From an uncultured delta proteobacterium (GTDB lineage Bacteria; Desulfobacterota; Desulfomonilia; Desulfomonilales; Desulfomonilaceae), in the NCBI GenBank assembly GCA_963789265.1, contig CAWBKB010000001.1, forward strand, positions 1,952,001 through 2,016,000: a stretch of DNA of 64,000 nt, written 5' to 3'. Below, in pieces: positions 1 to 14,749 of the stretch. The notes beneath the pieces are model-generated. The model saw only the letters and a program-made list of their open reading frames with translations, made no database searches and had not been told where the DNA came from. Every line of letters starts with the position of its first letter. The first letter of the stretch is position 1. A program made the translations under genes and the position numbers.

Positions 1-186
1 CCTCGAGTGATGAAGAGCCGCTAGAGGCTATCTCCGCGCAGGCGTGGCCGCCATCTTACGGGGAAAGCGACAGTCTGACCCAAGATGTCTCCCATGATAG
101 TTCTCTGCACAAACTTGACCGATAATCCGCTACTTTCCGCAGTTATTCCTGCCTCTCGGATGCTCTCCCCCCCGGAGAAAAAGATC

Positions 187-215
187 TTGACACGTCCGGG
201 GTGGGGTGTTACTAT
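187..215 (+). promoter_or_regulatory. sigma70-type promoter of the atp operon
   Basis: TTGACA (187-192), 17-nt spacer, TGn extended -10, TACTAT (210-215), upstream of atpF'. Confidence 0.75.
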
Positions 216-357
216 GCGCATTCATTCTTAATTTGGGTCTCAGACAACATCCTTTTTCAACAAAATCAGATAGTTGTAAGTCAAGTGGCTGGTGGGTTCC
301 GACGTCCGGAGGAAGCCGGACTATTGTAAAACTTTGCTAATCCGGGAGAATACGTCA

Positions 358-786
358 GTGATACAACTAAATATCACTCTTTTCATCCAGGTGATCAATT
401 TCCTTGTTCTCTTAGTCCTTTTGGATATCCTGCTTTACAAGCCCGTGATGGCTAAGATACGGGAAAGAGAAGCCCAGATCCGCAAAGACCAGGAAAAAGC
501 TACTGAACTGGAGCAAAAGGTTCTGGATCAAGAGAACCGGCATCAGCAAGAACTTGCCAAGGCTAGGCAGACGGCAGCCGAAGAAAAAGTGGCTCTTTTA
601 GCGGAGGCTAAGAAGAAAGAAGCACATGCCCTTGAGAAAGCCCGAACTGAAGCTTCCCGCATCGTCGACGACATGAAAGCTTCAATTCAGACGGACGCAG
701 AGGAAGTCCGGAAGAGCTTGAAGGCTCAAATGACTCCTCTTGCTCTGTCAATTACCGAAAAGGTCCTGGGGAGGGCGATCTCATGA
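358..786 (+). CDS. atpF: F0F1 ATP synthase subunit b'
   Basis: N-terminal TM (ITLFIQVINFLVLLVLLDILLYKPV) followed by coiled coil; first gene of the atp cluster; GTG start at 358 within ORF 292..786. Confidence 0.9.
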   Translation: MIQLNITLFIQVINFLVLLVLLDILLYKPVMAKIREREAQIRKDQEKATELEQKVLDQENRHQQELAKARQTAAEEKVALLAEAKKKEAHALEKARTEASRIVDDMKASIQTDAEEVRKSLKAQMTPLALSITEKVLGRAIS

Positions 787-1354
787 AGGTTTTTAAGAAG
801 GCACCGCTCTTATTGCTTCTGTTTCTCGTGCTCTTTGCAAGTACAGCCTTAGCCGCCGAAGAGCCGTCTGGCGGGTCCTGGACCGCATGGATGATGCTCT
901 GGAGAGTGATCGACTTCCTGGCATGCGTCGTGCTTATAGCATATTTTGTCAAGAAACCCCTTTCTAACTTCTTTTCCGAAAGACAGGCTCAGATTCGAAA
1001 AGACCTGGAGGATGCCCGAGAGCAGCGCGACCGGGCTGAGCGAACAATCGGAGAGTATGAAAAGAAGATAAGCCAAATGGAACAAGAGCTCGAGAAGATG
1101 CGCGGAGAGTTGCGTAAAGCCGCGGATGCCGAGAGCGTAAAGGTTGTCTCCAATGCCGATAGAATGGCTACAAGCATGATCGAGGCCGCAAGACTGGCCG
1201 CAGAGCAGGAAGTCCGCAAAGCCAGGATTGCTCTAAGAAATGAGTCGGTGGACCTTGCGGTGAAATTGGCCGAGTCGCTCATTCGAGAGAAGATAAACGA
1301 AGACGACCGCAAGAGGATTGTAGAAGAATACCTCGTTAAGGTCGGGGGTATAAA

Positions 1355-1358
<4 letters not shown>
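783..1358 (+). CDS. atpF: F0F1 ATP synthase subunit b
   Basis: WRVIDF..YFVKKPL TM plus coiled coil; deltaproteobacterial-type N-terminal extension; operon position. Confidence 0.92.
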
Positions 1359-3427
<2,069 letters not shown>

Positions 3428-3490
3428 TCATTTTGTAGATGACGGCTGCACAAACATCTTCGTGACTCAGCCGTTGATATAGAGGTCGAT

Positions 3491-5864
<2,374 letters not shown>

Positions 5865-5877
5865 TGGGGAGAAGTCC

Positions 5878-6291
5878 ATGTCGGAAAAATTCAAAGTCGA
5901 ACTTGTGACCCCCACCAGGGTTGTGCTCGATCAGGAAGTTGAAGAAGTAATAGCACCGGGGATCATGGGTGAGTTTGGGGTCTTAATTGGCCACACACCC
6001 ATGCTGACGTTTATTAAACCCGGCACCCTCTCTTATCTCGAGAATGACAAGTTTACAAGGTTCGCTGTGGGAGAAGGCTTTTGCGAAGTCTTGGCTGACC
6101 GTGTGTCCGTGCTGGTTGATGAAGCTTACGCGGTTGAGGAATGCGAAGCCACAGCGATTACTTCGGAGATTCAGTCGCTCGAAGAGAGGCTCGTTGCACT
6201 GGATCCAGCAGCGGATCCTGAAGGTTACCGAAGATTGACCGGTAAGCTGAAGGTGGCCCGGGCCAAACTTTCCCTTTGCAGCGGAGGCTGA
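5878..6291 (+). CDS. atpC: ATP synthase F1 subunit epsilon
   Basis: ELVTP...PGIMGEFGVLIGHTP; ATG at 5878 after GGGGAG. Confidence 0.96.
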   Translation: MSEKFKVELVTPTRVVLDQEVEEVIAPGIMGEFGVLIGHTPMLTFIKPGTLSYLENDKFTRFAVGEGFCEVLADRVSVLVDEAYAVEECEATAITSEIQSLEERLVALDPAADPEGYRRLTGKLKVARAKLSLCSGG

Positions 6292-6323
6292 GTCAGTCCG
6301 GTTCTTCAGTAGCGATGAACATC

Positions 6324-6375
6324 AGGCCCTGGCCCGCTCGGCTTGCCGAATCTACCGGTCAGGGCCTTCTGTTTT
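6324..6375 (+). terminator. probable intrinsic terminator of the atp operon
   Basis: GGCCCTGGCC...GGTCAGGGCC inverted repeat followed by TTCTGTTTT. Confidence 0.5.
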
Positions 6376-6405
6376 GGACACATTGTGGGGGCAGACATCT
6401 GAAAG

Positions 6406-6603
6406 TGTCTCAAAATCGAGGCATGAACGAAATTCATAGCACGAAATTCCCCCACCCTGCCCCTCTCCCAAAGGGCGAGGGCACTCTGATAGCTGCCTTG
6501 ATACAACTCCCTCTTCCTCTGGGAGGGCTGGGGTGAGGGCACCGAAAAAGCCCACCAGCCTTAATCGTGCCACGATTCCGGGCATCAAAATCTTTTTAAG
6601 ACA
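6406..6603. mobile_element. MITE family A (~200 bp) carrying a BoxC-like palindrome, copy 1
   Basis: Ends TGTCTCAAAA / TTTTAAGACA; colinear with 45215-45413, including ATCGTGCCACGATTC..GCATCAAAATC. Confidence 0.7.
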
Positions 6604-6629
6604 ATTCCATCTTGCCTGCTATTCGTTAG

Positions 6630-6777
6630 GCCGGACTTCGATCCGGGCTATGTAGGGGCGGACACATGGGTCTGCCCCTACAATTGATGCCAGCGTACGC
6701 GGGTATGACGACATGCGAGGGCGAGTCTGCCCCCCTACCCTAAACACGGTGTCACTTGTTTGGAAACGAATCGGTAT
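6630..6777. repeat. Composite REP-like block (GTAGGGGC...GCCCCTAC) ending in the family-B terminal sequence CGGTGTCACTT...GAATCGGTAT
   Basis: Near-colinear with 39785-39960; related ends at 33754-33784 (reverse) and 35894-35923. Confidence 0.75.
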
Positions 6778-6912
6778 GACTCCTCTCAAGGACACAGTTG
6801 CACTGGAATTCGGGCACAACTGACGAAGTATCCAAAAAGCTTCTTGACTATTTGGGGTAAATAGATTAAGTAATGAATTCATAGAGTTGATGTTCAGCTT
6901 CAAACGGTGGTC

Positions 6913-7582
6913 ATGACCGATACCAAAGACGATCCCAGCCAGTTTAGCTGCCCGTATTCAGCCGGCGTGGAATTGGAACACGTCTTGAGCAAGGCCGAAG
7001 CCCTTATTGAAAGGGCCGATTTGGAGGAGGCACTGGAATTGCTCACGGTTGCGGAGAAGAGGTACGTGCGTGCGGCTAAGCTATTCGATTTGCTTGGTGA
7101 CGTACTCCTCCGATGCGACCGGATCGAAGAAGGGGTAAGGTACAAGACCCTTCATGAAGTGTTGAAGGGAACCTTCAGAATAGCGACTGACGAGGCTGCC
7201 GTGTGTGCGAGCCGTACCTCTAAGCATCGCAGATCCGGACCGCGCCGCCGACTCGCCGACCCAGCCGATCCGGCAAAGGTCTTGCTCCAATGTTGGCAAA
7301 GGAGGCAGTGTCCCTTGCAGAGACCCCGAAAAGGTGGTCGAGTCCGGTGATTTCGTGCCCTTGACTTCAGCAATGGGGCATGAATTTATGCGCCAAGGGC
7401 ATTTTGATCGCGCTTTGGAAATATTCACAGTTCTTGCCGCGAGGAACCCTGAAGACCGATCCTTAAATGAAGCCAAGGAGAAGGCTCGTAAGAAAAGCCG
7501 TCAATCTGCAATCCTGGAAGTGCTTCAACGCTGGCTGGGTAGGATTGAGCAAATGAAATCCAGTCGGCCCTCAGAAGCATGA
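6913..7582 (+). CDS. Tetratricopeptide-repeat protein (one +1 frameshift between ~7205 and 7340)
   Basis: TPR-like helices in 6907..7350 and TSAMGHEFMRQGHFDRALEIF...LQRWLGRI in 7205..7582; abuts the peptidase gene. Confidence 0.7.
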
Positions 7583-8664
7583 ATCCTCAGTTGTTTTCAC
7601 TTCACGAACGCCTGCCAGGGCTAGGGGTGGATGCACTCCTATTTAATACGTCTGAATTATTGTATTCCACCAACCTTCAGTACTTGAGCGGTTTCACCGG
7701 TTCGGACGCCACCGTGCTGTTGACTCGGACCGAACGCCACCTCTTCACGGACGGAAGATATAAGACGCAGGTGGGACAGGAAGCACAAGGCTTTCGCGTT
7801 CACGTGAGTCGCAATAAACTCGCATCGTTGGCCCGCATGATTACCACGGCTCGACTGCGCAAGCTTGGGATCGAATCATCTCGGGTCAGTTACGAATTTG
7901 TGGCTCACTTGCGGGACAGACTGCCGCAAGTCGAGGTCATCCCGTTGCGGCGCAGTTTTATTGAACGTCTTCGGGTGCACAAGACGGACGAGGAAAGGCA
8001 GAAGATTAGAGAAGCCGCTGCGATTGCCTCTTCAGCCTGCCGAAAGGTGATCGACGGAGGGCTTGTGGGCAAAAAAGAGACAGAGGTGGCCGGCGAGCTG
8101 GAGGCCCTTTTTCGGGGCGCAGGGGCCGAAGCTATAGCATTCGATACAATAGTTGCTTCCGGGGAGCGCAGTGCCTTGCCTCATGGAAAGGCATCAGAGC
8201 GTATTATCGGACCGAATCAGCCGGTCGTTATTGACTATGGGTGCCGCTTCCAGGGCTACAACAGCGATGAGACGGTCACGTGCGTCACCGGATCCCCTTC
8301 GTCGGAACTGGCCAGGATTCACCAGGCGGTGTATGATGCCCATAATAAGGCACTCGACTCGGCCAAAGTCGGCGTGCGTGCACGCGCTTTGGATGGTGTG
8401 GCAAGGGACTCCATCGAGAAGGCCGGCTATGGGCGGTACTTCCTTCACGGTTTGGGACATGGCGTGGGGATGGAGGTTCACGAACCCCCTTACCTGTCGC
8501 CGCGAGGTCGGGGAGTTCTCGAGGAAGGCATGGTTTTCACCATAGAGCCGGGGATTTATATTGAGGGCGTAGGAGGAGTTCGCCTGGAAAGCCTTGTATT
8601 CCTTGAACGAACAGGGCCCGAACTACTTTCCCGGATGTCCAAGGGTCTTATTGTTTGCGGCTGA
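7579..8664 (+). CDS. Xaa-Pro aminopeptidase/dipeptidase (M24B)
   Basis: YLSGFTGS, TDGRY, ALPHG, DYG..YNSD, HGLGHGVGMEVHE, TIEPGIY, GVRLE. Confidence 0.95.
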   Translation: MNPQLFSLHERLPGLGVDALLFNTSELLYSTNLQYLSGFTGSDATVLLTRTERHLFTDGRYKTQVGQEAQGFRVHVSRNKLASLARMITTARLRKLGIESSRVSYEFVAHLRDRLPQVEVIPLRRSFIERLRVHKTDEERQKIREAAAIASSACRKVIDGGLVGKKETEVAGELEALFRGAGAEAIAFDTIVASGERSALPHGKASERIIGPNQPVVIDYGCRFQGYNSDETVTCVTGSPSSELARIHQAVYDAHNKALDSAKVGVRARALDGVARDSIEKAGYGRYFLHGLGHGVGMEVHEPPYLSPRGRGVLEEGMVFTIEPGIYIEGVGGVRLESLVFLERTGPELLSRMSKGLIVCG

Positions 8665-8773
8665 CAGTCCAACCCGGCCGAAACTTGCAAGGAATTCGGC
8701 TGTCTCTATCCATAAAGTTCGGAGCTATCCAAAGTAAACTAATCATGATCATTCTTTGAGCAGGGGAGGACGT

Positions 8774-9334
8774 ATGTATTCAACTCCTGATTTTCGGAAG
8801 GGCCTCAAGATTGAGTTGAATGGAGAGCCCTTTATTATCGTAGATTTTCTCCATGTAAAACCGGGGAAGGGTGGTGCGTTTATCAGGACGACGTTAAAAA
8901 GCCTGATTAGCGGAAACGTCATAGACCGGACGTTCCGATCGGGTGAGAAAGTCGATAAGCCCGACCTCGAAGAAAAGGAAATGCAATATCTATATGAGAG
9001 CGAGGGCCAATTCCACTTTATGGATAGTGAAACGTACGAGCAATTGTTTCTCACCGAAGGGCAATTGGGAGACGCACTGAATTATCTCCAAGAAAATGTC
9101 ACAGTTACCGTACAGTTTCACAACGGCAAACCGATAGGCGTCGAGGTACCGATTTTTGTGGAACTGTCCGTGGCTTCCACTGAACCCGGGCTCAAAGGTG
9201 ACACGGCGGGCGGAGCCACGAAGCCGGCCACGCTGGAAACAGGGATGACCATACAGGTCCCGCTTTTCGTAAACGAAGGCGATGTATTGAAGATCGACAC
9301 GCGCACCGGGAAATATATCGAGAGGGTGCGATGA
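8774..9334 (+). CDS. efp: Elongation factor P
   Basis: HVKPGKGGAF, KPATLETG, VPLFVNEGD..KIDTRTGKY. Confidence 0.98.
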   Translation: MYSTPDFRKGLKIELNGEPFIIVDFLHVKPGKGGAFIRTTLKSLISGNVIDRTFRSGEKVDKPDLEEKEMQYLYESEGQFHFMDSETYEQLFLTEGQLGDALNYLQENVTVTVQFHNGKPIGVEVPIFVELSVASTEPGLKGDTAGGATKPATLETGMTIQVPLFVNEGDVLKIDTRTGKYIERVR

Positions 9335-9697
9335 TCATATTTCTTGGACACAGTCAGCAGGCAACAGTTCACCGCGGAGAACGCAGAGACGGCCGAAAAA
9401 CCTATTTTTTCTGCGCGTCTGTGCAAAGGGGCAGGACGCATTCGGGCCTATACAGTGAGAGCAATGGCAACCTGACTTTGCGAGGCAAAGTGTAACACGC
9501 GGAGCTGAATGAAGTATTTTTCCTCTCTGCGTTCTGTGTTTACTGATTGCCCGCTAAGCGGCTGCGTAAAGTTCATGCCTCACCATAGCGGCCTGCATGA
9601 ACTGAATCCGATCTTGCATTCGTATCTATGATCGGGATCGTGCACAGGTCGCGGGTCTCACGCAGACCCAACAGATCAGCTCAAGAAGGAACGACCA

Positions 9698-11431
9698 ATG
9701 GATACCTTGGGCCTTGTAGTTCACGACGAACAGACTTTTCTTAACAAAGTCGTGAACAGCGGCACGGAACGGGGGATCTTTACCCGTGACAGAGCGGATG
9801 AGATCATTAGGATATCCGTGGCCATGGCCAACAAGTACGTCCTTCAGAAAGGCGTAGATTTTCGATCCACAGAGGAGTTGGTCAAAGTTCAGGAAACTAT
9901 CTTGAAGTTAATAGGAGTCGGCCTTGAGATCCGGAGTAAAGGCGAGGTAGAAACCGGCGTAGACCTGCTCATGGACGCGTCACCGGTAGATCTGTTCCGT
10001 TTGGCGTACACACGGGTGGAAAAGTTGCGTGACAGTTGGAGGTTGCTTCTTCGCGACCACAGTATCGAAATTCTCGTCAGCCCAGGCGAGTATCAATGCT
10101 TGGCCGACATCACCTGCCAGCGACTTTCCGAAATGAGCATCTTCACGGAATCGGAACTCCATTCTATCCGCTCCCTGACCTTGGATGACGAACTCTTTGC
10201 CACTCTCGGACTGGTCGAATACTATGAGACCGAGTTGGAGCAATATCAGTTCGGACTAAGACTCAAAGCAATCCTGCCCTTCAACTTGCTTAATCGGTCA
10301 GCCTCCGTTCGGGCAGAGAATCTGGCTGAAGTCGATTCCATAAGAAGCGCTCTCATAAGCACTCTAGTCATATCCTATTACGCTGAATCCGATGATCCGG
10401 TTGCAGTGACGATGCAAGACGTGCGCTATTTTCTGGCAGCGCTGGACCCTACCGGAACAACCGACCTTTTTCCCGAGGAACTCGAGAACGCGGTCGTGGA
10501 TGTTATACACGAATTGGGCGAAGGGCTTGACGAGCAGGAAGCTTCTCTTTTGGCCAAGGAGATTATAGGGACGGCTCACAACCTTCTGGAGACTGTAATT
10601 CAAGAATGGGATACTGCGAATTCCAAGTCGGAAAGTGTGTTCTTTAAGAGATGGTCCCGTCTCGTCATATTGGCGGACGCGCCGGATCCAATCAACCGCT
10701 TGCTCTCTTCGGATGAGCTGTTGGACGAATTCGATTTCGAGATGCTCCTCAATCAGCTTCTGAGCCTGCCGGAGAAAGACGCCTTCAAACTCATTGAAAA
10801 ACTGCCGTGGGATCGGATGCCGCCGGAGCAAATCATACGGATGTTTCACCAGGCACACTCCTATCAGGAAGTCTTTGCGAAGAACATCTTCTTGAGGGGT
10901 TTCAGTGCGGTGGAATTGCTGGAGCTCGTGGAAGCGGTTGACCATGAGGTTTTCGAGTATTTGACCCCAGCTCTCGAGAAATTTCTGGGCGAAACGTCTT
11001 TCAGCCTTGAAGATTTGGAGATCCTGGCCACCCTGCCCCATCCAGAGGCCGCGACCCTGCTTCGAATGGCAGTCCCCCCGGCCGAATATGATGCCAAGCG
11101 GGCCCTTGAAGAGTTCAGGGACGCGTCGGATACGGTTCGTCAGGTCTTGTTTCATTCTTGCATGCGAGCCGATTTCTTCCCACGGATTTTCGAGTTGGCG
11201 TGGTCACTAGACCCGAATTTTGTCAAACGTGAAGTGAAAACCATCCCGGCCCCGCGAATCGGTCAGTTTCTCCTTGCTGCGGGGGGCGATCACAGACCGA
11301 AGGTTGAAATCAAAAAGGAAAGTCGGGAAGGCAAGCTTCAGTTTCAGTCAAAGGACTTGAACAGCCTGTTCAGATCTCTTCCCGCGACCAAAAAGAAAGC
11401 CGCTGTGAAATTCTTCACCAAGGAATCGTGA
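9698..11431 (+). CDS. Hypothetical acidic, helical protein (577 aa)
   Basis: Long uninterrupted ORF with AAGGA RBS; D/E/L-rich; no motif recognised with confidence. Confidence 0.85.
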   Translation: MDTLGLVVHDEQTFLNKVVNSGTERGIFTRDRADEIIRISVAMANKYVLQKGVDFRSTEELVKVQETILKLIGVGLEIRSKGEVETGVDLLMDASPVDLFRLAYTRVEKLRDSWRLLLRDHSIEILVSPGEYQCLADITCQRLSEMSIFTESELHSIRSLTLDDELFATLGLVEYYETELEQYQFGLRLKAILPFNLLNRSASVRAENLAEVDSIRSALISTLVISYYAESDDPVAVTMQDVRYFLAALDPTGTTDLFPEELENAVVDVIHELGEGLDEQEASLLAKEIIGTAHNLLETVIQEWDTANSKSESVFFKRWSRLVILADAPDPINRLLSSDELLDEFDFEMLLNQLLSLPEKDAFKLIEKLPWDRMPPEQIIRMFHQAHSYQEVFAKNIFLRGFSAVELLELVEAVDHEVFEYLTPALEKFLGETSFSLEDLEILATLPHPEAATLLRMAVPPAEYDAKRALEEFRDASDTVRQVLFHSCMRADFFPRIFELAWSLDPNFVKREVKTIPAPRIGQFLLAAGGDHRPKVEIKKESREGKLQFQSKDLNSLFRSLPATKKKAAVKFFTKES

Positions 11432-11441
11432 GAAATTATCA

Positions 11442-11780
11442 ATGAAAGCCGAGCGCTTTGAAAAAATGATGGACGGCATCAAGTGGGGTGAGGATTACCT
11501 AAAAGGCCTAGCAGAACCCTCTCGAAAGCATGCGGTATCCGTCAAGATACCCGACGTAAAGGGCATTCGCGGCAAACTCAAGGTGTCTCAGGGCGAATTT
11601 GCCTCGATGCTTGGTATCAGCGTACGGACTATTCAGAACTGGGAACAGAAGCGCCGAGTACCCGAAGGTCCGGCACGGGTCCTCCTGGAAGTGGCAGCAA
11701 GCTATCCGGATATGCTGCGTGAAGTGTCTCAGAGGATGTCGCAGAAAAGAGCAGAACAACGCGTCGACGCCAAGAACTAA
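11442..11780 (+). CDS. XRE-family HTH protein (HigA/NadS-like)
   Basis: IRGKLKVSQGEFASMLGISVRTIQNWEQKRRVPEGPARVLL. Confidence 0.88.
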   Translation: MKAERFEKMMDGIKWGEDYLKGLAEPSRKHAVSVKIPDVKGIRGKLKVSQGEFASMLGISVRTIQNWEQKRRVPEGPARVLLEVAASYPDMLREVSQRMSQKRAEQRVDAKN

Positions 11781-11967
11781 TGCAGATCTTGACCCGCTGT
11801 GGGTAATCTCCGCTCTATGTCGATTGTAGCCTTAAGTCGATTTTTTCCCGTTTAGGCACCATTGGATCACTATTCAGTTACGCGGCGGAATTATCAATTC
11901 CCTGTCATGGCTAAGAGTGAAATCGCGCGTCCTGCATGAAAGCAATCCGCGCCTTGGTGCAGGAATT

Positions 11968-12070
11968 GTCATCCCGGCGTACGGCGCCTCGCGGGGCAGA
12001 CTGGACCCCGGATCAGAGTCCGGGGTGACGGCATCAAGCGCCGTAGGATGCTGGTGACACCGCATGGCAT
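11968..12070. repeat. REP-like palindromic unit (CTGGACCCCGGATC.GAGTCCGGGGTGACGGCATC)
   Basis: About 70 bp shared with ~26887-26957. Confidence 0.75.
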
Positions 12071-12185
12071 GTCTGGGTGCCACGGATCTGGGCTTTGTCA
12101 GATCCGTGCCGGATTTAGTCGAATCTTCACGGTTTGATCGCGCATCGGCGTACCGCTCGGGCTCAAACCCGGCCCGCACTACCAA

Positions 12186-13979
12186 TCACGCATAATGCTG
12201 GTATTCGGGGTAGTACATGAGAGATTTGATCGCGGCGGCCAAATCGTCCGGCTTAGGACTGCGGGCAAGACCTCGCTGATACGCCAGTTCAGCCACCTCG
12301 ATAGCAATGGACAAGGAAACGTCCCTGATGTTGCGCAGCGGAGGATAAACACTTCCCTGTCGGAGATCCGCTTCGGACACATGATGCGCCAGAGTTCTAG
12401 CGGCAACGAGGAACATGTCATCAGTAACGTGTTTCGCGCCACAAGCCAATACGCCTAGCCCGATACCTGGAAAGATGTACACGTTATTGCCTTGTGTAGG
12501 TACGAACGTCTTTCCGTGAACCGTGACCGGATCAAAGGGGCTACCGCTTGCAAAGACCGCCCGACCCTGAGTCCAAGTGTATGCCTCCTCAGCAGTGCAT
12601 TCGGTCTTGGAAGTCGGATTGGACAGGGAGAAAATAATGGGCCTCTCGTTAAGCTCCGCCATGGTCTCCAGAACCGGTCGTGTGAACATACGTGGCTTTG
12701 CCGACACCCCGATAATCGCCGTGGGCGTAAGCGCCTTAATGGCATAAAGAAAGTCCGCTATCGGTTCATAATCGTGCGCATATAGAAGCTTGTGCTCCGT
12801 GAGATCGGTCCGGCTTTTTACGACAAGACCTTTCGAATCGACAAACCAGCATCTCTGACGGGCCTCATCTTCAGTCAATCCCTCATCAATCATTGCAGAG
12901 ACCAGCAGGTCCCCGGTGCCGAGTCCGGCTTCGCCTGCCCCAAGAAAGAGGAATTTGTGGTCACTGAGTTTGCCTCCGGTTATTCGCACGGATGAGTAGA
13001 GCCCGGCTACGGTAACTGAAGCCGTACCCTGAATGTCGTCATTGAAGCAGCAGATCTCGTTCCGATATTTCTGTAGGATACGGAACGCATTCTGATTGGC
13101 AAAATCTTCGAACTGGATTAGTGCTCCGGGGAATTCATCCTGCACCGCGTTGACGAACTCATCAATCAAGTCGTCGTATGCCTTCCCTCGCAAGCGGCGT
13201 TGCTTCAGGCCGATGTACAGGGGACCATTGAGCAGCTCTTCGTTTTCCGTGCCCACATCAAGTGTAACCGGCAGCACCTGATACGGATGGATTCCGCCGC
13301 ACGCAGTATAGAGCGTAAGTTTTCCCGACGGAATTCCCATACCGTGGGCGCCGACGTCTCCGAGGCCGAGGATTCGCTCTCCGTCGGTAACCACGATGAC
13401 TCGAGTGTCCTGAATTCGTGGGTTGCGAAGGACATGGGCAATTCGCCCCCTATCGTTTGCTGTAATAAACAGGCCGTGAGGTCTGCGGAAGATACCGCTG
13501 TACTCCAGGCATGCCTGCCCCACCGTGGGGGTGTACACGATAGGCATTAGTTCTTCGATGTTATCAATGATCATCCGGAAGAACAACGTCATGTTGCGAT
13601 CCTGAAGACCGGCCAGAAAGATGTACTTGTCCAGATTGGTGGTCTTCCTTCTACAGTTTCCGAGGACGCGCACAAGCTGCTCTTCCATGGTGTGGACGCG
13701 GGGGGGCAGGAGACCTCGAATACCTAATGCATCACGTTCCGCCTCGGTGAAAGCAGTGCCCTTATTGAAAGCCGGATCTCTGAGCACGGCAACACCAAGC
13801 GGGAGACGCACCATAAGTTGTTTTGAGTCCTTTTTAGGCGAGACATCCGACACTGAGCCTGTTGTCTTGGAGGGTTCGCCTGTGCGGGAGCCCGGCTGCG
13901 CTGAGTCGCGAGGGCTCTTCAATTGAGGTTTGGAGGAATGACCCGCGTTATCTCTTGCGTCGCCTGTTGGGTTGCCCAT
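12186..13979 (-). CDS. maeA: NAD(P)-dependent malic enzyme (large MaeA/SfcA type)
   Basis: FNKGTAFT, PIVYTPTVG, VVTDGERILGLGD, QFEDF, FNDDIQGT, GAGEAG, LSNPT; the start may lie downstream of the low-complexity N-terminus. Confidence 0.95.
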   Translation of the reverse strand: MGNPTGDARDNAGHSSKPQLKSPRDSAQPGSRTGEPSKTTGSVSDVSPKKDSKQLMVRLPLGVAVLRDPAFNKGTAFTEAERDALGIRGLLPPRVHTMEEQLVRVLGNCRRKTTNLDKYIFLAGLQDRNMTLFFRMIIDNIEELMPIVYTPTVGQACLEYSGIFRRPHGLFITANDRGRIAHVLRNPRIQDTRVIVVTDGERILGLGDVGAHGMGIPSGKLTLYTACGGIHPYQVLPVTLDVGTENEELLNGPLYIGLKQRRLRGKAYDDLIDEFVNAVQDEFPGALIQFEDFANQNAFRILQKYRNEICCFNDDIQGTASVTVAGLYSSVRITGGKLSDHKFLFLGAGEAGLGTGDLLVSAMIDEGLTEDEARQRCWFVDSKGLVVKSRTDLTEHKLLYAHDYEPIADFLYAIKALTPTAIIGVSAKPRMFTRPVLETMAELNERPIIFSLSNPTSKTECTAEEAYTWTQGRAVFASGSPFDPVTVHGKTFVPTQGNNVYIFPGIGLGVLACGAKHVTDDMFLVAARTLAHHVSEADLRQGSVYPPLRNIRDVSLSIAIEVAELAYQRGLARSPKPDDLAAAIKSLMYYPEYQHYA

Positions 13980-14129
13980 GAAATTCTCCTGTTCAGGGGA
14001 CCGAATCTTGGACCTTGAGAAACAACGTTTTGTCGCGGTTTCACCTTACCACAATTTTCAGCGCGATGATAAAGGAGATCCGACAGCTCGCGAAATTCGG
14101 TCAGGGGCGCCCGTGTATCCGGCTAGGCT

Positions 14130-14363
14130 TCAAAGTGCCGGGCTCGGGCGGGCCCTGTCCCAGCTTATCAATGAGCTTGGGCTGGCGGCAAACTGACACG
14201 CACCGCGAATAATCCCCGGGTACGTCGAGCGATCATAGGTAAGTTGGCAACTTTGCGGACACTGTCCTTGATCGTAAATACCAGCGCCGGCGAATTGCGT
14301 AAATGTCAAAGCGGCCGCTATTATGACGCAAAAAGTGATCAATACTAATCCTGTTCCTGACAT
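14130..14363 (-). CDS. Small secreted Cys-containing protein (possible frameshift at ~14215)
   Basis: GGAGAG RBS, signal-peptide-like N-terminus ending AGA, CPQSC motif. Confidence 0.55.
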   Translation of the reverse strand: MSGTGLVLITFCVIIAAALTFTQFAGAGIYDQGQCPQSCQLTYDRSTYPGIIRGACQFAASPSSLISWDRARPSPAL

Positions 14364-14607
14364 GGCAAACTCTCCGCTGCTCCGCGCCGCAATTTCGCAT
14401 GGCCCCTTCCCCCTCTTTCTTATAAATATGGTGTCTGAACGGAAAACTGCAAGAGTGTGATTAATGAGATGCGGAGATTCCTAAAGATTATGACCTAATT
14501 ACTTCTTTTCGCAAATATGGTGTCTTGTTTCGAGCCTGGTGCCAGCGTATTTCCGAAACGCAGGTACTAAGTCATGGTTTTCGTAAATACGGTCACGTAT
14601 TTTCACG

Positions 14608-14686
14608 TTAGAGATTGCTTCGTCGTTTCACTCCTCGCAATGACATTCCCACTACCTGTCATTGCGAGCGAAGCGAAGCAATCTTC
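14608..14686. repeat. REP-like GTCATTGCGAG/GAAGCAATCT double palindrome
   Basis: Same family as 34460-34557 and 58071-58167. Confidence 0.8.
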
Positions 14687-14749
14687 TTCAGGGCCGGGGT
14701 CTTAACGTCACCGTATTCTGGTACCGTAGCCGTCATTCCCGCGGACGCG

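Noticed and set aside
9335..9697. Structured intergenic region after efp as a possible ncRNA
   Set aside because: Only short hairpins and a TTCACCGC.GAGA repeat word (also at ~56507); no recognisable family or terminator architecture
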